Assembly (NCBI GenBank): GCA_043803685.1
Contig: JAZDJU010000037.1
Span: forward strand, 160,001-224,000
DNA length: 64,000 bases
From: Candidatus Omnitrophota bacterium
GTDB lineage: Bacteria > Omnitrophota > Omnitrophia > Omnitrophales > Aquincolibacteriaceae
Direction of reading: 5' to 3'
In this document: one piece after another, positions 46,216-54,889 of the stretch
Layout of the letters: every line of letters begins with the position of its first letter
Position numbering within the stretch: the stretch's first letter is position 1
The notes under the pieces: generated by a model
The model's input: the letters and a program-made list of their open reading frames with translations, nothing else
Told to the model about the DNA's origin: nothing
The model's database searches: none
Position numbers and translations under genes: made by a program

Positions 46216-47580
46216 TCACGGAGTGAAACTCTCGGGCGCGGCATCGGACCAAAGGGCGGGCACAAGACCGCCGCCCGTTGCCACATTGATCACACTTTCG
46301 TCGCTTAAGCGGACAAAGCCGCCCGTGTATTTTCCGCCGGCCACCAGCAAATTGAAATTGAATTTTTTGTAAATGAAGTCGAGTTTCTGGTTCACGACGT
46401 CGGGAACGGTGATCACCGGGACCGGGACCTGCTCCTGGATCACCCAGTCCTCTTCCTTCAAGGCCTTGTCCACCACCGCGTTCCAGTCGCCGTCCGGCGT
46501 CTCGCGACCGATGTGCACCCGGCGGGAGCCGTGGCTCGAACCCGAGGGCTTCAGAACGACCGTGTCCTTCTCGTCCTTCAGGAAATCGATCAGAAAAACT
46601 TTCCGGTGACCGTAAAAATCCTCGGCGTCGGAAAGACAGCGCGTCCACGGAAGGTGCTGGCGTTTCATTTCATTTTCGTTCTCCGTGAAGAAACGGTCGC
46701 ATTCCGGTGTCGTCAAAAGTGAAAAGACAGCCTTACTCGAAGCGAGTTTTGAACGCAACGGATTGGCCATGCACACGGCCTTGTCTTTGTACGCGCGCAA
46801 GAGGTCCTGAACCTCGTCTAGCCGCTGCAGGAGTTCGTCAAAGGTCGCGCGCCGGTAGATCAGGTGCACGCGGAAGCCCTTGTGATAAAGCTTTCCGCCT
46901 TTGTACTGAAGCTCCCGGGGATCCGCGATCGTCGTTTTGTAGCCTTTGGCTTCGAAGTGGCTTTTCATGTGCTCGCACTCCGGAGCCGTTCTCGCGTGCC
47001 GCCAATCCACGATCGCGATCTGCGGGGTTTCGTAGCCGCCGAATTCCTCGTAAACCGAAAGCAGGGTGGAAAGAACGCCTTGAATGCGTTCGCTCGCGAC
47101 CAAGTGATGTTCCTCGGCGAAAGACCGGACCAGCTCTTCGGAGAGGAGCGCGAACTCGAGATGGTCGGCGTAGGCAGCGCCTACCGGAGCATCGCAATTG
47201 AACTCCAGAAGTTTCAGGCTCTCACCTTCCAGAAGCGCGTCAAAGCGGCTGAAGACAACGTGCTGCGAGTAGCCTGGATCGATCTTCACAAGCTCCTCAG
47301 CCTCGGGCGAAAGATGAAAGCGGGATCTCATCTGTGCCTCTTCAAAATAAAGACGCGCCGTTTTGTTAAGGATCTGGGAAAAAGCGGAGGCGGCGCGCTT
47401 GAGAAGGTGTTGCTGCTTGGGCGTGACGAAGAAAGCTTTGTAAAAAGCCGGGACGGTGAATCGTCCGTAGGCGAATTCCGGACTGTTGAGCTTTTCTTTG
47501 AACCGGTTCAGGGCGGGAATCGCGCGGGCTTCGTGGGCCTTCAGGTATTGATCGTACGCGTAATCAAGATTCGCGGTCAT
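46216..47580 (-). CDS. Circularly permuted ATP-grasp (CP_ATPgrasp_2 / glutathionylspermidine-synthase-like) ligase
   Basis: SRFD...LLEFNCDAP, IAIVDW, ADPREL, LIYRR, VLKP, INVATGGG. Confidence 0.8.
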   Translation of the reverse strand: MTANLDYAYDQYLKAHEARAIPALNRFKEKLNSPEFAYGRFTVPAFYKAFFVTPKQQHLLKRAASAFSQILNKTARLYFEEAQMRSRFHLSPEAEELVKIDPGYSQHVVFSRFDALLEGESLKLLEFNCDAPVGAAYADHLEFALLSEELVRSFAEEHHLVASERIQGVLSTLLSVYEEFGGYETPQIAIVDWRHARTAPECEHMKSHFEAKGYKTTIADPRELQYKGGKLYHKGFRVHLIYRRATFDELLQRLDEVQDLLRAYKDKAVCMANPLRSKLASSKAVFSLLTTPECDRFFTENENEMKRQHLPWTRCLSDAEDFYGHRKVFLIDFLKDEKDTVVLKPSGSSHGSRRVHIGRETPDGDWNAVVDKALKEEDWVIQEQVPVPVITVPDVVNQKLDFIYKKFNFNLLVAGGKYTGGFVRLSDESVINVATGGGLVPALWSDAAPESFTP

Positions 47581-47641
47581 GACACTCTTTCAAAAATATA
47601 CGGGTTGTCGGTGACGACAAAACGTGGCCATTCTGTTCTTT

Positions 47642-47786
47642 GTCATTCCCGCATGCTTGAAGCGGGAATCCAGTCCTGGATCCCCGCACTGAACGACCTA
47701 TAAAGCATCATAAGAAGTTCAGTGCTGCACTCGCTTTCATTAAAGCTTTATTGAAAGCCAGCGCGATCAATACATTCGGGGATGAC
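47642..47786. repeat. GTCATTCCCGC..GCGGGAATCCAG (dRS3/RPE-like) element carrying two nested hairpins
   Basis: The second arm CTGGATCCCCG...TTCGGGGATGAC is interrupted by GCACTGAAC..GTTCAGTGC and GCTTTCA..TGAAAGC. Confidence 0.75.
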
Positions 47787-47807
47787 GCAACAAACTGCTG
47801 CGTTGCG

Positions 47808-48953
47808 TCATTTCCGTTCTTCGTGCGGAATGTAATACTGCTCCTGCGGTCCAATGTATTCCGCGAGCGGTCGGATCAGACGGTTGTCCAGCTGCTGCTC
47901 GATGATGTGTCCGCTCCAACCGGCTACGCGGCTTGCGGCAAAGACCGTCGTGAAAAAATCCGGCGGGAATCCGAGCACATAAAGCACCGGCGCCGAGAAA
48001 AAGTCCACGTTGCAGGGGATCTTCTTCCGGTCCATCATGACCTTCTCAACATGCGCGGCGATCTCAAGCCAGTCCATCTTCCCCGCCTTGACGCACAGGT
48101 CGTGCGCGATCTGGCGGAACGCCTCGGCGCGTGGGTCGCGGGTCTTGTAGATCCGGTGCCCGAAGCCCATCACCTTCTTTTTTTCGTCCAAAAGCTTGTT
48201 CACATAAGCGACCGCATTTTCCGGCTTCCCGATCTCGAGGATCATTTCCATCGCGTACTGGTTCGCCGCGCCATGGAGCTCGCCCGCAAGCGTCCCGACC
48301 GCGGAAGTGACCGCCGAATACAGGTTCGACAGAGTTCCCGTCGTCACGCGTGCCGCGAATGTCGAGGCGTTAAGCCCATGGTCCGCCAAAAGGATCAGAT
48401 AGGCATCGAGCGCCTTTTCCATTTCCGGCGTCGGTTTGGTGCCGTGCATCATATAAAGGAAATTGGCCGCATGCGAAAGGCTCATGTCCGGTTCGATGGG
48501 CTCTTTGCCTTCGCGAAGCCGGTAGAAAGCCGCGATAATCGTCGGGAAAACGCCCGTCAGGTGATACGCCTTGCGCTGGGATTCCTCGGGATTCACGATA
48601 TGGGCCCGCGGATCGATACTTCCCATCAGCGAACACATCGTCCGGAGAGCGCTCATCGGATGAGTATGCGTGGGGAGAAGTTTCAGAACCTTCAGCGCGA
48701 TCTCCGATAAAGGTCTTTGCGCCTTCAGCGTCTCCTTAAAAACCCGGAGCTCTTCGGTATTGGGAAGTTTCGCGTACCAAAGGTGATACGTGACTTCCTC
48801 GAAGTGGGATTTTTCGACAAGCTCCCCGATGGGAAAGCCACGATAAAGAAGCCGGCCGTTCTCGCCGTCCACATCGCTTAAGGATGTCTGAGCGGCAACA
48901 ACCCCTTCCAGACCTTTGACCAGTTTTGACGCGCTTGAAGGCTCTTTTTTCAT
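47808..48953 (-). CDS. Citrate synthase / 2-methylcitrate synthase (short type)
   Basis: KGLEGV, LLYRG, DHGLNAST, LHGAAN, MGFGHRIYK..DPR, NVDF. Confidence 0.95.
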   Translation of the reverse strand: MKKEPSSASKLVKGLEGVVAAQTSLSDVDGENGRLLYRGFPIGELVEKSHFEEVTYHLWYAKLPNTEELRVFKETLKAQRPLSEIALKVLKLLPTHTHPMSALRTMCSLMGSIDPRAHIVNPEESQRKAYHLTGVFPTIIAAFYRLREGKEPIEPDMSLSHAANFLYMMHGTKPTPEMEKALDAYLILLADHGLNASTFAARVTTGTLSNLYSAVTSAVGTLAGELHGAANQYAMEMILEIGKPENAVAYVNKLLDEKKKVMGFGHRIYKTRDPRAEAFRQIAHDLCVKAGKMDWLEIAAHVEKVMMDRKKIPCNVDFFSAPVLYVLGFPPDFFTTVFAASRVAGWSGHIIEQQLDNRLIRPLAEYIGPQEQYYIPHEERK

Positions 48954-49030
48954 AGGACGATTCCTGTGTTGATCGATCGGTGAACGAATGCCGTATTATA
49001 CTCATCCGAAGAAAAACTGAAACTGCTGTT

Positions 49031-49726
49031 TTAAGGTGTTGTTGAAGCGGCTTTCCAGATGCGCACGAGGAAGATACGGCGCGGATGGATGAGGCGCCCG
49101 ACGAGGAGTTGCGCGTCCCTTTCGAAGAACTCATTCTCTTCCGTCCCCGAGAGATCCTTCATCTTCAATTTTAGGGAAGAGAAGAACAGATTGGTCCTGG
49201 CCGCGATCGAAAGCCGCCTCACTCGTTCTTCGAAATAACGGACATTAACCTCTTTTTCGTCCGGCGAATCGGTTTTCTCAAAGACGATAATGAAAAAGGC
49301 TTCGCGAAAAGGCGCGACCGTTTCCTTGTAGAGAGCCTCCCCCGGCTTATCAAAATAAATCGAAGAGGGCATGCTCAGATAGCGGGCGCCGTCGGGCTCC
49401 TGCAGGATCTTGTAAAGCGTCACACGCATTCCCACCACGGGGGCCGCGAGCTCCATCCGGAGATCCTCTCCTTCACGCGCGCCGAGCGCAAACACCTGAA
49501 TAAGTTCTTCATGATGCGCCCGGTTGTTCCGGTGGACCAGCAATCGCAGAGGGCGCGTGCCAAAGCCCGACAAATCCTGGATCGTCGGCGTGACGAGCTT
49601 TCCGTCCAGATAAAATTTGGGCAGCCGCGGAATATCCTCATCCGCCATCAAGGAATTCGGGAAGCCGCCGGAGAGAGAGAAAAGCAACCCTGCCACCACC
49701 CCGCAAAAGCATCGGGACTTTTTCAT
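49031..49726 (-). CDS. Hypothetical exported protein
   Basis: Signal-peptide-like N-terminus; no family recognised. Confidence 0.65.
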   Translation of the reverse strand: MKKSRCFCGVVAGLLFSLSGGFPNSLMADEDIPRLPKFYLDGKLVTPTIQDLSGFGTRPLRLLVHRNNRAHHEELIQVFALGAREGEDLRMELAAPVVGMRVTLYKILQEPDGARYLSMPSSIYFDKPGEALYKETVAPFREAFFIIVFEKTDSPDEKEVNVRYFEERVRRLSIAARTNLFFSSLKLKMKDLSGTEENEFFERDAQLLVGRLIHPRRIFLVRIWKAASTTP

Positions 49727-49741
49727 TTTTGAGGCAGGGTC

Positions 49742-50275
49742 CTAGGCCCAGAGCTTCGGAAGAAGGAACGGTGTCGTTTTCTTGTAAGCGCGATAAGCGT
49801 CGCCGAAACGCTGTTCGAGCTCCTTCTCCTCAATGAGTTTGATCTCGAGAACCAAAAGAACGATCAAGACAAAAGCCGCGGCCCAGGAACCCGTCCGGTT
49901 GAAGATCACGGCCCAGCCTGACAGATACAGAAAAAAACCGAGCATCATGGGATTGCGACAATACCTGTAGGGCCCCGAAGCCAGCAGTTCCCTGGTCGGC
50001 ACCGCGGGAACGGGGGTCCCCTTCCCTTTCGAGAGCTGCCAAAACACAGCCCAGATCACCCACGGAATGCCCGTCGCAAAAAAAAGAAAGCTCGCAAGGA
50101 CCACGATCACACCACGGATAAAAACCTCTTCCCCCCACAACCCACACACTCCCACGAGCACCGGCCAGCCCGCGAGAAAAAGCACCGCACCCAACACCGT
50201 TGCCACCGCCCGGTAACCCGCCGAATACTCCCTGCCCGCCCTCGTCACCAAATACTGGATCAGCTTGTCGAACAT
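49742..50275 (-). CDS. Isoprenylcysteine carboxyl methyltransferase / PEMT family membrane protein
   Basis: GKGTPVP, GPYRYCRNPM, EEKEL..RFG..Y..Y...TP. Confidence 0.88.
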   Translation of the reverse strand: MFDKLIQYLVTRAGREYSAGYRAVATVLGAVLFLAGWPVLVGVCGLWGEEVFIRGVIVVLASFLFFATGIPWVIWAVFWQLSKGKGTPVPAVPTRELLASGPYRYCRNPMMLGFFLYLSGWAVIFNRTGSWAAAFVLIVLLVLEIKLIEEKELEQRFGDAYRAYKKTTPFLLPKLWA

Positions 50276-50319
50276 GGTCGCGCCCTCGATGTCATTTTTG
50301 TTTCTTCTTCCAAGGCTTG
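50190..50319. repeat. ~130-bp direct repeat, copy 1 (pairs with 51879-52008)
   Basis: Covers the start of the methyltransferase gene and the 3' end of the upstream small Cys protein gene. Confidence 0.9.
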
Positions 50320-50467
50320 AGCGCCTTGTTGCGTTCCAGCGCTAACCTCTGAAATATAAATCTGCTCAAGGGCCTGTGTTGGAAAGCGCTTAACGTCTAA
50401 AGTGCGGCCGTTTGGATATTTTTTAAAAAATAGCTCTTCTTAAAAGAATCTCAAAAAAACGTTGCGT

Positions 50468-51964
50468 CTATTTATCGTCTTCGATCTCATAAACAATACC
50501 ATAAGCAGATAAATCCGGCCTCTTGGCAGGATGACGCGCATTAAAAGCCCACTTTCTTTTCGAACTCGGTCCCATGGGAAGATACTCGATGATAGCGCGG
50601 ACTTTCCCTCCGGGTGTCAGTAATACACTAAGCAGCTGGTAGGTCCAAGTCCAGCCCATGTCCACAACCCCACGTTTCATCAACGCCTCGGGAGTCAGCT
50701 GAGTTTGTTTGAAAGGGATGATCCCCTTATGGCTCGCCAACGAATCGCAAAATGCGGAACAATATTTCCTCCATTGCATTGTCGCGAAAACATGCCAGGT
50801 GATCTGCGCGCAAGCTAAAACCGCCACTATCATAAAGCCACGGACCCAGGATCGCCTTTTTTGAAATTGCGGGAAGGCCCGTAATCCCAACAAAACAAAA
50901 GTAAGCGGCACTGGTAAAAAACAGTAAAACCCACGCATCTGATAATGGGTGGCCGGATGGACCCAGCCAGGGAAAAATAAGGGAATGAATCCAAGGAAAA
51001 CCGCAAAAGGGCAGAAAACCCAGAACGAAAAAGAAAAGATCCTTCTACCAGATTTACCCGCCATGAAGGGCATCGCTGACAAAAATAGGATCGCCACGAG
51101 CGACAAAAACAACATGGGGTGTTTTCCCAAGAGACCGAGATTGATTACTGAAAAAAAACCGTTCTTGAAACCCTCAAAGTTTTGTGGGCAGGAAGGCGCG
51201 ATAATCGATTGCATCGCGATCAATGCGCCGGTGAAAAACCAAAACGCAATAAAGATCCAGATCGCTCGGCTGAATGGATTTTTTTCTTCGCGGCAGGATC
51301 GCCAAATCGCGAGAGCTCCCAAGATCATTCCAAGGTAGGCCATGGATTCATAGGTCCGAAAGCTCACAAAAGCCATGACGGCGAATATGGACGCTTTCCA
51401 GAAATTAAAACTCTCACAGAAAAGAATGAAAAACAGTAACGCCCAATATAAGGACACCATCAGAAGCCCTTCAGCGACAATCACCATGGACCCATTCATA
51501 GAACCCGCAAACAATGAGATCAGCGGAAACAACAAATAGCGGAGATTCTTTCGTCCCGCCGCCCAGGCACAAAGCCATAAACTCAAAAATAAATGGAGAA
51601 AAAGAGGCGCTGAAAACAAGAAAGACAAGGTCGGCAGGTTTCGAATCCCAGATTTAATCGCCCAAAAAACGGGCATTTGCAAAAAACCTTCTCCAAACTC
51701 CCTGGAAGCCCATGACAAGTAGGGCTTCTGATCCCTAAGAAGCCGTACGAACCACCATGACCCGTCAGCATACCAAGCTCGTCCGGAAAAGATGGCGAAA
51801 AGATCCGCGCACAGATAAAAAGTGATTCCTCCCAGTAAGGCCGCAAAGACCCAGGGATGTTGCGTCATAAAGCTTCGGCCCAGCACCGTCGCTAACGCCC
51901 GGGAACCCGCCGAATACTCCCTGCCCGCCCGCGTCACCAGATACTGGATCAGTTTGTCGAACAT
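50468..51964 (-). CDS. Multi-pass membrane protein (possibly GT-C-fold glycosyltransferase-like); N-terminus derived from the duplicated methyltransferase start
   Basis: Many TM segments and a YADG loop. The first ~30 aa (MFDKLIQYLVTRAGREYSAG...) duplicate the start of 49742-50275. An alternative start is MTQHP at 51868. Confidence 0.65.
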   Translation of the reverse strand: MFDKLIQYLVTRAGREYSAGSRALATVLGRSFMTQHPWVFAALLGGITFYLCADLFAIFSGRAWYADGSWWFVRLLRDQKPYLSWASREFGEGFLQMPVFWAIKSGIRNLPTLSFLFSAPLFLHLFLSLWLCAWAAGRKNLRYLLFPLISLFAGSMNGSMVIVAEGLLMVSLYWALLFFILFCESFNFWKASIFAVMAFVSFRTYESMAYLGMILGALAIWRSCREEKNPFSRAIWIFIAFWFFTGALIAMQSIIAPSCPQNFEGFKNGFFSVINLGLLGKHPMLFLSLVAILFLSAMPFMAGKSGRRIFSFSFWVFCPFAVFLGFIPLFFPGWVHPATHYQMRGFYCFLPVPLTFVLLGLRAFPQFQKRRSWVRGFMIVAVLACAQITWHVFATMQWRKYCSAFCDSLASHKGIIPFKQTQLTPEALMKRGVVDMGWTWTYQLLSVLLTPGGKVRAIIEYLPMGPSSKRKWAFNARHPAKRPDLSAYGIVYEIEDDK

Positions 51965-52008
51965 GGTCGCGCCCTCGATGTCATTTTTGTTTCTTCTTCC
52001 AATGCTTG
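51879..52008. repeat. ~130-bp direct repeat, copy 2
   Basis: Offset 1689 bp from copy 1; most mismatches are at the left end. Confidence 0.9.
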
Positions 52009-52249
52009 CATCCCTTTTCGACCAGCGCCGGGGGGATATCCTTGTTCGCGCCCTTCCCGTGGATCTCGAACCAGGTGCAGATCCCCAGAAACGTATTTTC
52101 GAAATCTCTCCGGTAACCACAGTCCCAACACATATTATCCCGCCTTTGCGGCGGCGGGATGGGGCAGTCCAAGTCGCCTTTCATAAATGAAAATAAGGAC
52201 TTGGACGGTCCCAGCAAGTCGCGTTTGATTCTTGGGTTGAGCTGCTCAT
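51981..52249 (-). pseudogene. Small CxxC...C...C protein interrupted by a palindromic insertion (possible restart ATG at 52133)
   Basis: SD AGGAG and ATG at 52249 give MSSSTQESNATCWD, then a stop inside the element. The downstream frame resumes MCWDCGYRRDFENTFLGICTWF...GCKHWKKKQK. Confidence 0.6.
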
Positions 52250-52528
52250 TGAAACTCCTGCCTGATGGATGAAGAACGACCATCTTCTGTTTTCTGGATA
52301 AGGACGGATTATATCACAAAGAAAAACAGCGCCTCATGACGGGATAGCGCCTTCTCCCCCTGTTTGACGCGTTCCTTCGCCCGCCGGAAGTTTTCAGACT
52401 GAGCCTCGGGCCATAAGCCGCTATTTGCCCGGGCAAGTCGGTTTTGACGTCGAAATGCGAGAGTGGGGTTATGAACAAAAATCGGGGGCTGTGCTGGAGA
52501 TCGCTTCGGGGATATTTATTACGGTTAA

Positions 52529-52765
52529 TTATTTACCGTATTTTCGATATATTTCGCAACGGGTGGGGCAACTGCAGATAGTCGAATGCCCGAACGGCGC
52601 TGCGTAAGAACACACCCCATAATCTTTCTTCTCAACAAAAGCATGCTCTTCGCTAAAAAGATCTTCGATCTCACATCCCGGGCAGCAACCGTCCTTTAAA
52701 CATTTAAAATCAGACGGACATTTTGTCGTTTTCTTAAGGATTGCTTCAGCGATCTGGAATAGCAC
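52529..52765 (-). CDS. Small Cys-rich hypothetical protein
   Basis: 78 aa with nine Cys (C-x5-C...CSCPTR); SD AAGGAG precedes the GTG. Confidence 0.65.
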   Translation of the reverse strand: MLFQIAEAILKKTTKCPSDFKCLKDGCCPGCEIEDLFSEEHAFVEKKDYGVCSYAAPFGHSTICSCPTRCEIYRKYGK

Positions 52766-52861
52766 GGTTTCTTTTGCTCCTTGTCTCTGGATGTGTGTTG
52801 ATCGTCTTAAGGGATCGAACTTTCCGCCGCTCCGGATTAAAGGATTTGAGGGGGTTTGAAC

Positions 52862-53416
52862 TTAAGCGATGTTCCGCTTGATCACTTCCAAAAAATAATC
52901 CAACTCGAAAGGTTTCATGATGAAGTTCTTCACGCCAATCGTTTCCGCTTCGTTTCTCGCGTGACTATCCTCATACGCCGTCATGATGACCTCGGGACGG
53001 ATCTCTCGGCCTGTTTTTTCGCGGACCCTACGGATCGCTTTCAGCGTTTCCAAACCATCCATGCCTGGCATGCGCATGTCCGTCAGCGTCAAATTGAAAT
53101 CTTCACGCTGGGATAGTTGCACCGCGGTCTTTCCGTCATGGGCGACGGTGACCGAGTAGCCCGCGCGACTGAGCATGATCCGAATGGATTCATGAACAAG
53201 AATGTCATCATCCACCACGAGGATTTTTTTTGGCTGCGGCGCCGCCGCCTTACGCCCCGATTCAATAAGCTGGTCAAGGTCTCTTGGGTCAAAACGGTAG
53301 AGATGTCCCAAGCGAATGGGCTTCAAAATCCCCTCTTCGATCCAGTGGTAAACGGTCCGTCGGGAAATGTTAAGGCGGGCCATGACATCTTTAACTTTGA
53401 GAAGCTGCTCGTTCAT
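52862..53416 (-). CDS. Excisionase/BldC-like HTH (HTH_17) fused to a receiver domain
   Basis: LLKVKDVMARLNISRRTVYHWI...YRFD, then ILVVDDD...DMRMP...KPF. Confidence 0.88.
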   Translation of the reverse strand: MNEQLLKVKDVMARLNISRRTVYHWIEEGILKPIRLGHLYRFDPRDLDQLIESGRKAAAPQPKKILVVDDDILVHESIRIMLSRAGYSVTVAHDGKTAVQLSQREDFNLTLTDMRMPGMDGLETLKAIRRVREKTGREIRPEVIMTAYEDSHARNEAETIGVKNFIMKPFELDYFLEVIKRNIA

Positions 53417-53656
53417 GGTTAAAACCTTATGTCAAATGGGCCATAGTGTGCATTTTTGGTATTATTGCGCTATATAATGACAAGCCCTGCTTTTAAATTC
53501 AACATTTATTTTACATGTCACCCAAAGAGTATTTCTTAGTGAGAATATTCCGCTTTTTAGCAGAAGGAAGGCCTTGAAAGCAAGATCACTCTCTTAGATG
53601 GGGCGGGGCCAGGGAGTGACGACGAGCGAATCGGAACCAATAACAGTCTGGCAGGA

Positions 53657-54394
53657 CTATTCCACTGAGCTCAAAAAAAGATCAAAGCAAGGCGGGATCG
53701 CCGAGGTGAACTTCACAGCTTCGCCCGTCATGGGGTGACGGAATTCCAACTGCGACGCGTGCAACAGAAGACGCTCGGTCTTCACCACAGGCCGCATGTC
53801 CTCAAGCCATCCTTCGTGAATGTACCGCTCAAAGATCTTCGGATCAATGTAGATCTTGTCGCCGACGAGCGGATGCCCCAGAAAGGAAAGGTGCGCGCGG
53901 ATCTGATGAGTGCGACCGGTCTCAGGGATGACCTTAAGAAGAGAATACCCGCCGGAGCTGTTTAAAACCTGATAGTCCGTTCGCGCTGTCTCGCCCGCAG
54001 GATCAGGAATACGAATATGCTGGCTACAATCCGTCTTTGTTCCCAGAGAGACCGAAATCGTACCTTCCTGGGCTTCCGGCTTTCCGAACACCACCGCGTG
54101 ATAAGCCTTTGCCACATGCCGGTTCTCGAAAAGCTTCCCGAGCTTCCCCGCCGCCACGCTCGACTTCGCGACAAGTACGATCCCGCTCGTCTCGGAGTCC
54201 AACCGGTTCACGATCCGGAAGCCTTCCGGCCCTGCGCCGAGATCCCGGATCAAAAGACTAAGAAGGTTCTTTTCCTTGAAGCGCCCGACCGCGTGGACCG
54301 GAAGCGGCGCAGGCTTGTCCACCACGAGAAAGAACGCGTCTTCCCAGAGGACCTTGTATCCCGTTTCCACATAAAGATCAGCTTCCGTGCGCAT
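53657..54394 (-). CDS. RluA-family pseudouridine synthase
   Basis: VDKPA, VNRLDSETSG, TGRTHQIRAH, GDKIY, LLHA. Confidence 0.93.
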   Translation of the reverse strand: MRTEADLYVETGYKVLWEDAFFLVVDKPAPLPVHAVGRFKEKNLLSLLIRDLGAGPEGFRIVNRLDSETSGIVLVAKSSVAAGKLGKLFENRHVAKAYHAVVFGKPEAQEGTISVSLGTKTDCSQHIRIPDPAGETARTDYQVLNSSGGYSLLKVIPETGRTHQIRAHLSFLGHPLVGDKIYIDPKIFERYIHEGWLEDMRPVVKTERLLLHASQLEFRHPMTGEAVKFTSAIPPCFDLFLSSVE

Positions 54395-54429
54395 GGAGGA
54401 ATTGTATCCCGCCCACACCGCCTCGTCCA
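54395..54429 (-). promoter_or_regulatory. Sigma70-like promoter giving a leaderless RluA transcript
   Basis: Minus strand TGGACG-N17-TACAAT-N6-ATG; no SD sequence. Confidence 0.55.
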
Positions 54430-54464
54430 CTTTCGCCGAAGGGCCCCGGAGAACTGTTGGGTTT

Positions 54465-54878
54465 TTAATCTTCCGTGGGACGGCCGCGGAGTCGCTTCTT
54501 CGAGCCATGCCGCTGCTTGTCATCGAGCATTTTGTCTTTGGCGCGACGAGAACGTTTGCGTTTCTGGCGCCGGATCTTCGAGATCCGCCGGGCGTCCTCA
54601 CTCTCCCGTCCCAGGATCTGCGCTTCCAGTTTGTCGGCCAGCATCCTTCGCGCCCGGTACCGGTTCATGGACTGCGTGCGTTCCTGCTGGCATTTGACCG
54701 AAAGGCCCGTGGGCTTGTGCTTCAAAACAACGCACGTGGAGACCTTATTGACATTCTGGCCTCCCGGTCCTCCGGAGCACACGAACGATTCCTCAAGGTC
54801 CTGCTCACGGATCCCGAGCCGTTCCATCTGACTCTGGAGACCTTGTCGCTTCCTTTCAGACACCGGATAAATATTCAT
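54465..54878 (-). CDS. Small GGQ peptidyl-tRNA hydrolase (release-factor-like; C12orf65/ArfB-type)
   Basis: LEESF..SGGPGGQNVNK, followed by a basic C-terminal tail. Confidence 0.88.
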   Translation of the reverse strand: MNIYPVSERKRQGLQSQMERLGIREQDLEESFVCSGGPGGQNVNKVSTCVVLKHKPTGLSVKCQQERTQSMNRYRARRMLADKLEAQILGRESEDARRISKIRRQKRKRSRRAKDKMLDDKQRHGSKKRLRGRPTED

Positions 54879-54889
54879 ACGTAAGGCCC

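Noticed and set aside
52320..52520. tRNA or structured ncRNA in the spacer
   Set aside because: I could not recognise a cloverleaf, T-loop or known RNA motif on either strand.
52862..53416. Prophage or ICE excisionase
   Set aside because: The HTH is fused to a receiver domain, and no integrase, att-tRNA or phage genes are nearby.
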